A DNA stretch of 15,638 bases from Elusimicrobiota bacterium (GCA_043819795.1 JBDREN010000006.1:1-15638), one strand, 5' to 3'. Positions 1 through 7,248 are shown, numbered from the stretch's first letter. Notes: a model not told the origin generated them from the letters alone. Made by a program: numbers and translations.

Positions 1-1581
1 CGCTCCTCTGACCCGCAGATCGCCCAGCCCCTGCCCGCGTTTGAGTTCGCTGTTAGTCGCTTCGATCCCCGCGCGCGGGGCGTAGCGCTCGCGAAATGCC
101 TCCGTCTGCTCCGCCGCCCGCCGCCGGGACGGCAGGTTGGCCTTGAGCGCGATGAGCGCCAGCGTCGTTCGACCCAGAGGCTCTCGACGGGTCTTGCCGC
201 TCTCCACCGTCAGCGCCGGGCACCAGCTCCGCCGGCGGCAGCGCACGCAGCAGGCCGTCGGCAGCTGGAGCAGCGCCACCGGCCCGTCTTGCGGGTCATC
301 GCGCAGCACGGTCTGCAGCGCCGTCACCCCGCAAGGGCAAGTGGACGGCGGCTGGGACGGCACGAGTTGCACGGTGAACTCGGCATCCCGCACGCACAGC
401 GTCGGTGCCGCCGCCTCGGTTCCCGCGCTCCCCGGTTGCGGGGCGATCAACTCCACCCCCTGCCGGGCGCACCCCGCCACGTTCTCCACCGAGCCGAATG
501 CCGTGTCGGCGAGCAGTTCCTCCGGCGCGATCTCCCGCGCGGCCAGCGCCTCCACCGTGGGGGCCACCCGCTCGGCATCGCCCTCGCACGACCGCTCCAG
601 GCTGGCGTGGGTTATTAACTGCACGGCATTGTCGGGATCGCACGTTTCGGCGATCAGCGCCTCGTAGCCCTGGCCCTTGTGCCCGGAATAGGTCACCTCT
701 GGATCGTGCGGCGTCTGCAGGCTGTTGCCCCCGATCTCCTTGGGGTCCTTCAAGTCCACGGGCGCGTCCCCGTCATCCCGGTCATCGTCGTCATCGCGCG
801 GCTTGACCGCGCGCGCCCCGATCGTGCACTGCTCCGACAGCAGCCGCTCCAGCAGCTTGAACTCCTCCATCTTGCTGATCGCCCGATGGCCGCTGAAGCG
901 CTCGACCAGCCGATACAGGTCCCGCGCCACGACGCGAAGCCTGCGCGGTCCCTCCTCCCGCCGTGCGTCCCGATACCAGCTTTGTTCCCCGTGCCGCTTC
1001 AAGAGCCCCGCTGGCAGCCGGTCGTGCAAGTCGCGGTGCCCCTTATAAAGCGCGTGCAGGAACACCCGGATCGTCTCGCAAAACAGCCCCAGTCGATTGA
1101 GCCTCGCGAAATTCGACAGGATGTGCGTCGAGTCCAGCCGTTGGCGGTCGATCCGAACGCCCAGCGCCGCAATCAGCTCGTCGGTGATCCGACGAAACGC
1201 CAGCTTCCCCTTGCCGCTCGCCATCAGTTTCGCCCGGAAGTTGTGCAGCGTCTTCTGGCAGAGGTCTGCCTCGTCAGGATCCAGTTCGAAGGCGCACCAC
1301 CATCGCGTGTCGAAACGCAACGCATCCAGAGCTTCCTCGTCGGTCAGGTCGTTGGCCTCTTTCAGGATCAGCGTCCCCATCACCAAAGCCACCGGCCGAT
1401 TTGGACGCCCCGCCCCCTCGTCGTAGAACTCGGCGAACTCGGGCTCCGCGCGGACAAGAATCGGCAAGGCCTTCTCGCGGAACGGTCCCGCCCAACTCTT
1501 CTCGCACGCCACTCGCTTCTTCGGCGGCAGGAGCCCGGCCGCTCCGAACATATCCTGCTGTGGGTCCGTGGGTCGAAACAT
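1..1581 (-). CDS. DDE transposase, IS1182-family-like (3' end beyond window)
   Basis: Not in the ORF track because there is no stop in the window. Translated by hand from ATG at 1581 (SD GGAGAG upstream): MFRPTDPQQDMFG...GRPNRPVALVMGTLILKEANDLTDEEAL...KTLHNFR...RLDSTHILSN...SLQTPHDPEVTY...GYEALIAET...LLADTAFGS...CPCG...CCVRC...FRERYAPRAGIEATNSELKRGQGLGDLRVRGA. Open for 527 codons, with candidate D/D/E residues in RLDST, LADTA and GIEAT. Family assignment is from motif recognition. Confidence 0.9.
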   Translation of the reverse strand, partial: MFRPTDPQQDMFGAAGLLPPKKRVACEKSWAGPFREKALPILVRAEPEFAEFYDEGAGRPNRPVALVMGTLILKEANDLTDEEALDALRFDTRWWCAFELDPDEADLCQKTLHNFRAKLMASGKGKLAFRRITDELIAALGVRIDRQRLDSTHILSNFARLNRLGLFCETIRVFLHALYKGHRDLHDRLPAGLLKRHGEQSWYRDARREEGPRRLRVVARDLYRLVERFSGHRAISKMEEFKLLERLLSEQCTIGARAVKPRDDDDDRDDGDAPVDLKDPKEIGGNSLQTPHDPEVTYSGHKGQGYEALIAETCDPDNAVQLITHASLERSCEGDAERVAPTVEALAAREIAPEELLADTAFGSVENVAGCARQGVELIAPQPGSAGTEAAAPTLCVRDAEFTVQLVPSQPPSTCPCGVTALQTVLRDDPQDGPVALLQLPTACCVRCRRRSWCPALTVESGKTRREPLGRTTLALIALKANLPSRRRAAEQTEAFRERYAPRAGIEATNSELKRGQGLGDLRVRGA

Positions 1582-1585
1582 GGTC

Positions 1586-1611
1586 TCTCCGTACGCGCGC
1601 GCGTACGGAGA
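1586..1611. promoter_or_regulatory. Perfect 26-bp palindrome covering the transposase Shine-Dalgarno
   Basis: TCTCCGTACGCGCGCGCGTACGGAGA is self-complementary over all 26 nt. On the minus strand its 3' arm contains GGAGA just before ATG 1581. Confidence 0.8.
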
Positions 1612-1639
1612 AGTTAGCTTTTCCCGTCGATAACTACAA
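1611..1639 (-). promoter_or_regulatory. Putative sigma-70 promoter of the transposase
   Basis: Minus strand TTGTAG (1639-1634), 17-nt spacer, TAACTT (1616-1611). Confidence 0.5.
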
Positions 1640-1693
1640 GCGCCCTTCTCCACCCGAAACCTCAGCCGTCGGCGCCCGTCCTGCTGGGACTTT

Positions 1694-1783
1694 TCAGAGT
1701 AGGGGAGGCCCGATTTCGTCCATGACGAAACCGGGTCCTCCCCCCTCACAGACCCGTGCGTGCAGAATTACCGCACACGGTTC
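1694..1783 (-). ncRNA. Group II intron domains V and VI
   Basis: DV is GAACCGTGTGCGGTAATTCTGCACGCACGGGTC (33 nt, AC bulge). DVI is GAGGGGGGAGGA-CCCGGTTTCGTC-ATG-GACGAAATCGGG-CCTCCCCT-A-CTC followed by TGA. Confidence 0.9.
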
Positions 1784-1795
1784 CTCAAGCATGAC

Positions 1796-3115
1796 TCACC
1801 TCGCTGTCATCGGGTGAGTGATCCATGGGGGCAGCAGCGGGTTTTTGCTGAGGATGGCCTCGTACTTGGGCCAGTTTACGGTCTTGCCTCGAGTTCGTCG
1901 GTTTAGCCATTTCTTCCACATACAGCGAACACCCCGGTAGAACCCCCACATACGTTGGTAGTTCGTTGGGCGTCCGTAGTATTGGTAATGGCCCCGCAAC
2001 TTCCGGTTGAGGGCTTCGCATTGCTTCGGCACAGGATCATGCCTATGCTTTTGGCACCATTCCGAAATCCCCCGCAAGCTCCGTCTAATTCGCTTGCGCA
2101 TCGTTCGGACATGGACTATGAAACGCCCCCGTCGGCTCCACGCGCATTTATGCGTGAAACCAAGGAAGTCGAAGGTGTCTGGCTTTCTCCCTCCAGGCCG
2201 CTCCGCCTTTTGTAGGGCGAAACGCCCGAACTCAATGAGTCGGGTCTTTTCCGGATGGAGAGTCAGGCCATACTCCGCGAACCTCTTGGTTAGGACCATC
2301 AGCATCCCTTCCGCATCCTTCCGGTACTGAAAACAGAGAATGAAGTCGTCGGCGTATCTCACCAGGTGTGCTTCCCCTCGCGTTCGGGGCTTGACCACCT
2401 CCTCAAACCACGTGTCCAGCACATAGTGGAGGTAGATGTTCGCGAGCAAAGGGCTGATGATCTGCCCTTGTCCCGTGCCCGTCTTTGTGATGAGAAGCCG
2501 CCCCTTATCGATAACCCCGACGTTAATCCATTTCCCGATCAGTCGTAGAATGCTTCCGTCTACTACTCTCCTCTTGATTATCTCAATGAGTTGCCTTCTC
2601 ACGATCGAGTCGAAGTAGCTCTGGATATCGGCTTCCAGTACGTAGGACACCGGGTGGCGGCATATAAGCCTACCCACCTGGTCCAGTGCGTCATGTGGGC
2701 TGCGCCCAGGACGGAATCCGTGCGAACATTCCAGGAAGTCAACCTCATAGATCGCGTTCAGCGGTTCGAGCGTCGCCTTCTGCACGATCTTATCCTCCAG
2801 GGATGGAATCGATAGCGGACGACGCTTATCGCTGCCATCTCCCTTCGGAATATAGACCCTGCGCAAAGGTTGCGCCCGGTACCGCCAATTCTTTACGCGA
2901 TCATGAAGCCCCCGGATGTTCGCTCGGACGTCCTTCACATACTCCCGATACGTGACGCCATCCACACCCGCACTTGCGTCCTTCCGTAGGCCCTTAAAGG
3001 CCCGATACAACGCCTCCTCCGTGAGCAGGTGAGCGATCGAGAGGAACTGCCGCTCCCTGTCTCCCTTTGCCAACTCGGCTATTCGGCTGAGTTTCGTTGA
3101 CACGGACTCAGGCAT
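1796..3115 (-). CDS. ltrA: Group II intron reverse transcriptase/maturase, no endonuclease domain
   Basis: ASAGVDG (RT0), RRVYIPK, RPLSIPSLEDKIVQ, SHGFRPGRS, ADIQSYFD, GTGQGQIISPLLANIYLH, catalytic YADD, FDFLGF, domain X (LRGHYQYYG). No C-terminal HNH. SD GGAGG upstream. Confidence 0.96.
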   Translation of the reverse strand: MPESVSTKLSRIAELAKGDRERQFLSIAHLLTEEALYRAFKGLRKDASAGVDGVTYREYVKDVRANIRGLHDRVKNWRYRAQPLRRVYIPKGDGSDKRRPLSIPSLEDKIVQKATLEPLNAIYEVDFLECSHGFRPGRSPHDALDQVGRLICRHPVSYVLEADIQSYFDSIVRRQLIEIIKRRVVDGSILRLIGKWINVGVIDKGRLLITKTGTGQGQIISPLLANIYLHYVLDTWFEEVVKPRTRGEAHLVRYADDFILCFQYRKDAEGMLMVLTKRFAEYGLTLHPEKTRLIEFGRFALQKAERPGGRKPDTFDFLGFTHKCAWSRRGRFIVHVRTMRKRIRRSLRGISEWCQKHRHDPVPKQCEALNRKLRGHYQYYGRPTNYQRMWGFYRGVRCMWKKWLNRRTRGKTVNWPKYEAILSKNPLLPPWITHPMTAR

Positions 3116-3850
3116 CTGGGTGCCTCCGTGTTTCCCGCAGCCGGCACGTCCGCTTGTTCGCCCCTTCCCTCCAGCGGGTCCCGGAGCCGGGTAAGAAATC
3201 GACGCGAACCATTAGGATCGAGCCTATCCGTTGTCCACCCCTTTCGCGACGGTGGTGCCTCACTAGCCCTTCCATAGGTCGCTACCGATTCCTCCCCTCA
3301 TCCCGGTTCCCCGCCTTCCTCGGTACTATTGGGTTCGTAAGACTCCTCCTCGCCCATCCCAACGGCCTCTGGTCTCCCTTGGCCAACTGGTACCCTCGCT
3401 GGACGCTTCCTTCGCTCCTTGATCCGGCGCGTCCTGCCAACCAAGGCCAGGTCCGTTGCTGTCGGGTGGACCACACCCGTTTTCTGCGTGGAGGCGAGGA
3501 GGCCTCCCAGGTTCCTGGGGAATCACTTTGAAAGCGTGCCCCGGGCTAGAGACTCCGGCGGCTCCCAGCGACCTCGCATATCGGTCACCCGGATTCTGCC
3601 TTCCGCCTCGTAAATAGCGTCGGCTTCCGCAACTGCATTCGATTTCGGAGCTGAATCCTCACGGCCCGCTTCCTTGCTGTCTACGCTTCACCCTGCCGGA
3701 GCAGCCACTGGCCACCCGACAAAGTGCAAGACTCGCTACCAGTCTGCCCGCTACGGCCTTGACCGGGCTGGATTTTCACCAGCTGGATTCCATCGCAAGG
3801 TTTCACACGCTCATTCGCGATCCTCCTCGCCCAAGCTTTTCCTGGCGCGA

Positions 3851-3863
3851 TTACGAGGGAATC
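3851..3863 (-). repeat. Outer part of the IS left terminal inverted repeat (inner part at ~1686-1693)
   Basis: GATTCCCTCGTAA on the minus strand directly abuts the intron 5' end and continues as AAAGTCCC after the intron 3' end. Confidence 0.65.
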
Positions 3864-3893
3864 AACTTTGTTAACTAAGTTAACACTTGACGC
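3864..3893. repeat. REP-like palindromic repeat, copy A (truncated on the left by the IS)
   Basis: AACTTTGTTAACTAAGTTAACACTTGACGC contains the palindrome TGTTAACT-A-AGTTAACA. 3862-3880 is identical to 6127-6145 over 19 nt. Confidence 0.75.
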
Positions 3894-4028
3894 CCTAGAC
3901 GCCGGGGGCTTTGCCCCCGGCCAATATGGTAAAGTTACCAGAAGTGTCGCCGTAATGCCGCGAAATAGGATTACGGGCTCCCGCGACGCCGTTGGGTCAC
4001 GGGGACCTCGTCGTCGCGCGGCTCCTGC

Positions 4029-4568
4029 ATGAAGCGCCTTGTTTCGCCTTTCTCGAGGGCCATGGTCTCTCTGGGCATCGTGGCGGCCGTCTTTCCCCTG
4101 GCCGCCTACACTTCGGTCGAGCTCACCTCCACGCCTTGGTTCTGCGGCTCCTGCCATGAGATGGAGCCGGTGAAGGAGGGCTGGATGGCCTCCGAGCATT
4201 ATCCCCGCCCGGACAGGCCCAAGGGGAGGCGCGGGGCCTCGTGCCGGGATTGCCACTTGCCGGGCTGGCATCATCCCGCGTCCGTGTTGGCGCAGAAGAT
4301 CCGGCACGGCCTCAAGGACGGCTACCGACATTTCTTGCCGGCCCGGGATCACGAAGCCAAGGACTTCTATTTTGCGCTGAAACAGGTGTACCTCAGCCAG
4401 ACGACCGACGCCATGTGCCTGCGGTGCCATGCCACAGTGCGGGATCCCGCTGAAGACGTCATCGAGACGGGCCTGGGAGAGATCCGCGGCCTGCACTCCT
4501 CGAAGGAAGCGACGGTCCTGCGCTGCGTGACCTGCCACAAGAACATGGGCCATGGGATCTACGAATGA
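4029..4568 (+). CDS. NapC/NirT-family membrane-anchored tetraheme cytochrome c
   Basis: N-terminal hydrophobic helix followed by TSTPWFCGSCHEM. Four CxxCH motifs (CGSCH, CRDCH, CLRCH, CVTCH) and C-terminal CHKNMGH. The start could instead be ATG 4062. Confidence 0.88.
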   Translation: MKRLVSPFSRAMVSLGIVAAVFPLAAYTSVELTSTPWFCGSCHEMEPVKEGWMASEHYPRPDRPKGRRGASCRDCHLPGWHHPASVLAQKIRHGLKDGYRHFLPARDHEAKDFYFALKQVYLSQTTDAMCLRCHATVRDPAEDVIETGLGEIRGLHSSKEATVLRCVTCHKNMGHGIYE

Positions 4569-6110
4569 CACGGCTGACCCGCCGCGAGTTCCTGGGCGCC
4601 GGGGCCTTATCAACCCTGGGCGCCATCCTGCTGCCTGAGACGGTCTGGGCCAAGCTCGGCAAGACGGCCCCGCCGCGGGGTTATGCCGTGACGGGTTGGT
4701 CCGGGAACGAGTTCGAGCTCCCCCACAAGTTCCGCGACGGTTTCTCCCCGCCCGAGGCGAGCCCCTCGGAGACCCGCGAGGTCGTGGTGGTCGGATCGGG
4801 GATAGCGGGCCTGGCCGCCGGGTTCAGGCTGCGGCATACCGACCTTCTCGTTCTCGAGACCGCGCGGGACAGCGGCGGCAACTCCCAGGCCGGCCGATGG
4901 CGCGACATCCCCCTTCAACATCGGCGCGGCATATTTCGTCCAGAACGACGACGAGATCGGCGCTCTGCTTGCGGAGGCGGGCCTCAAGCTCGCCTCGGTC
5001 AGGAAGCCCTTGGATCGCTGGTACATCGGTGGGAAGTGGGTTGTCGAACCGTGGGACGAGCCCGTGATGGCCGGCCTGCCGCCGGGCCTGCGCCGAGCCA
5101 TGCGAGGCCTGAAGAAGGCCCTGGAGGACGTATCGGAGGGGCCGGATTACCCGCACATCCCCTACCGGAGAAGCTCCCGCAGAGCCCTGGAGCTGGACCG
5201 GATCTCGTTCGCCGAATGGCTCAAGCCGTACGCCCACCCCGACCTGATGCCGTTCCTGATCTCGTACTGCTATTCGGCGATGGGAGCCCCCCCGGAAATG
5301 GTGTCCGCTTACGGCGGCGTCAATTTCTACTCGGAGATCCTCGCCGACATCCACGCCCCCCCCATCGGCAACGCGGCCATCGTCAAGAGCCTCGTCCAGG
5401 GCATCGAGTCCGCGGGCGCCGGCAGGATCCGCAACGGGTGCCACGTCCATAAGGTCTCGCCGGCCCCCGACGGCTCGGCCATCGTGCGATATGTCAGGGG
5501 CGGGGACAGTCTCGCCGTGAAGGCCAAGCGCGTCGTCCTTGCGGTCCCGTATTTCGCCGCGAGCGCCCTTCTGGACCCCCTCCCGGACGGTCAGCGCTAC
5601 GCGCTGAAAGCGCAGCAATACGCCTCGTACGTGGTCGCCAATCTCTGCTTCGACCGGCGGGTCAGCCTCGAAAGCTACGCCAGCTCCACGGGGGGGAAGG
5701 TCGCATTCGAGGATTTCATCCCGGCAGACTGGGTGGCCGGGACGCCGCGGCCGGGCGGGGCCGGCGGGCCTCAAGTCATCACCGTGTTCGCGCCCCTGCG
5801 CGAGTCCCTAGCCGGCCGCTGGCGCCTGCTGTCCGCCGCGCCCGAGGAGTTCGCGGCGCCGTTCGTCCAGGCCTTCGAGAAGCTTGTTCCCGGCGCCTCC
5901 AGGCACCTCAGAGAAGCGCACATGACGCGGTGGGGGCACGCGATCCTCGTGAACAGGCCGGGCATGTTCACCCGGTGGCTCCCCAGCATCCAGAAGAGGA
6001 TCGGCCCGGTCCTGCTGGCCCACAGCGACGGGCAGGGGCTTCCCGCGTTCGAATCCGCGGTCTACGAGGGGCTGGCCGCAGCACGACACGTCCTCGAGGC
6101 CTGGAGATAG
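4565..6110 (+). pseudogene. Tat-exported FAD-dependent oxidoreductase (flavin amine-oxidase/HemY-like superfamily) with +1 frameshift at C5 run 4909-4913
   Basis: Twin-arginine signal TRREFLG...VWA, Rossmann VVVVGSGIAGLAAG, and GGNS. Deleting one C from ATCCCCCTTC gives DIPFNIGAAYF in frame with ORF 5010-6110 (RWGHA, AHSDGQGLPAFESAVYEG), for 514 aa in total. May be a sequencing error rather than a true pseudogene. Confidence 0.85.
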
Positions 6111-6115
6111 TAGGC

Positions 6116-6212
6116 AGCGTCAGGTGTCAACTTTGTTAACTAAGTGAGGCCGGGGCTAGTCTTGGACCGCCATATGCGCTAAAGTTAGTTGACAGAGTTA
6201 ACAGCTGACGCT
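6116..6212. repeat. REP-like/REPIN-like inverted-repeat element, copy B
   Basis: Arms GCGTCAGGTGTCAACTTTGTTAACTAA (6117-6143) and TTAGTTGACAGAGTTAACAGCTGACGC (6185-6211) give 23/27 Watson-Crick pairs plus 2 G-T, around a 41-nt spacer. It fills the intergenic gap. Confidence 0.85.
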
Positions 6213-6214
6213 CC

Positions 6215-6517
6215 ATGAAACGCACGCTCTTGGCGTTCCTTCTCGGCCTCAGCGCCGTATTCTACCCGCCCCGCCTTCGGGCCGATGAGGAACAACCGGC
6301 GGAGCTCAGCCGGCGAGGCGAGGAGCTGCTCAACGCGGGCAAGGACAAGGAGGCGGAGCCGCTGATCCGGCGCGCCAAGGAGATCCGGGAGAAGTCCTTG
6401 GACCCCCGCCAACCGAAAGGGGACGAGCCGCCTCCGCCGCATAAGTTCTGCATGCCTCGTTTCGGTCCCGAAGCTTTCCCGCTGCGCCACATGCCGGCTA
6501 AAGGGATGGCGCCCTAA
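6215..6517 (+). CDS. Small secreted protein with one TPR-like repeat
   Basis: Signal-peptide-like MKRTLLAFLLGLSAVF. AEPLIRRAKEIREKSLDP resembles the AEPLYxRALxIREKxLGP TPR pattern. Pro-rich tail; no clear SD. Confidence 0.6.
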   Translation: MKRTLLAFLLGLSAVFYPPRLRADEEQPAELSRRGEELLNAGKDKEAEPLIRRAKEIREKSLDPRQPKGDEPPPPHKFCMPRFGPEAFPLRHMPAKGMAP

Positions 6518-6522
6518 CGCCC

Positions 6523-7248
6523 ATGGTGAATCTGTCTTTGCCCCGCAGAAGGAGGATCGGGCCGCTCGACGTCATCGAGTTCGCGGCGGGGCCGGAGGCG
6601 CCCACGATCGTCTGCTTCCACGGCTACGGGGCCAACGCGGCGGACCTGGCCCCCTTGGCCGGGGAGGTCCCCCTGGAGCGCCCGGCCCGCTGGATATTCC
6701 CCGAAGCCCCGCTCGAGATGGAGATGCTGCCCTCGGGCCGGATGTGGTTCCCCCTCGACGAGGAGAGGCTCGAACGCGCGCAGGTCATGGGCAAGCCTTT
6801 GGACTTCTCCGGCTCCAGGCCGCCCGGCCTCGACGAAGCGCATGAAACGGCCCGCGGCCTTGTCGACGCTTTGGAGACGCCCTGGAACCGCCTGATCCTG
6901 GGGGGCTTCAGCCAGGGCTCCTCGCTGGCTCTGGAGCTCGCGCTCAACGCGCCGGAGTCCCCGCTGGGGCTGTATATCCTGTCCGGCAATATCATGGATG
7001 AAGAATCCCTGCGCCGCCTCGCGCCGGCGCGCGCCGGCACGCCCTTTTTCCAGTCCCACGGCACGATGGACCCGCTCCTCGGCTACGAGGGCGCCAAGCG
7101 GCTCGAAGAAGCGCTCAAGGAGGCCGGGCTCAAGGGCGAGCTGCGCAGCTTCAACGACGGCCACACCATCCCGATGGACGTGCTCGTGGGCCTGGGCGGC
7201 TTCCTGGACGAGCGCATCGCCGAGGCGGGAAAGGAGGCGACGGAATGA
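6523..7248 (+). CDS. Phospholipase/carboxylesterase (alpha/beta hydrolase)
   Basis: FHGYGAN oxyanion motif, GFSQG nucleophile elbow, HGTMD (Asp) and GHTI (His) triad. Confidence 0.92.
   Translation: MVNLSLPRRRRIGPLDVIEFAAGPEAPTIVCFHGYGANAADLAPLAGEVPLERPARWIFPEAPLEMEMLPSGRMWFPLDEERLERAQVMGKPLDFSGSRPPGLDEAHETARGLVDALETPWNRLILGGFSQGSSLALELALNAPESPLGLYILSGNIMDEESLRRLAPARAGTPFFQSHGTMDPLLGYEGAKRLEEALKEAGLKGELRSFNDGHTIPMDVLVGLGGFLDERIAEAGKEATE

Larger units (their letters stand above)
1694..3850 (-). mobile_element. Group II intron (IIB-like RNA, probably bacterial class E), full length
   Basis: 5' end TCGCGCCAGG at 3850. EBS1 stem-loop GCCGACGCT-ATTTACGA-GGCGGAAGGC near 3600-3625 pairs with the 5' exon end CTCGTAA. 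DIII motif ATAGTACCGAGGAAGGCGGGGAAC...GACCCGCTGGAGGGAAGGGG, RT ORF in DIV, DV at 1783-1751, DVI with bulged A at 1700. Class assignment is from recalled sequence style. Confidence 0.92.
1..3863 (-). mobile_element. IS1182-like insertion sequence; left end at 3863, interrupted by a group II intron; right end outside window
   Basis: Transposase present. Removing the intron (1694-3850) rejoins GATTCCCTCGTAA|AAAGTCCC on the minus strand, which has the GATxxxCTCGTAAAAAGTC form I recall for terminal IRs of this IS group. The partner IR is not visible. Confidence 0.7.

Noticed and set aside
137..1617. Plus-strand ORFs 137-667, 679-1617 and others
   Set aside because: Antisense shadows of the minus-strand transposase; no motifs.
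1796..3115. RT as retron, DGR, CRISPR-associated or Abi RT
   Set aside because: It has RT0 and domain X and sits inside a full DI-DVI group II intron RNA.
3225..3265. c-di-GMP-I riboswitch or hammerhead ribozyme in the DIII insert
   Set aside because: A CGAAAG loop is present, but GGCAAAC/GACGCAAAGC and CUGAUGA cores are absent.
3625..3660. EBS2 pairing with GATTCC
   Set aside because: Only an imperfect GAAATC match at the expected position; not convincing.
3681..4613. 310-aa minus-strand ORF running into the intron
   Set aside because: Shadow of the cytochrome gene crossing the repeat, IS end and intron; low complexity, no motifs.
3862..6212. Integron attC sites, dif site or CRISPR repeats
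   Set aside because: No proper RYYYAAC/GTTRRRY box arrangement, no integrase, no XerC/D arms, and only two loci 2.3 kb apart.
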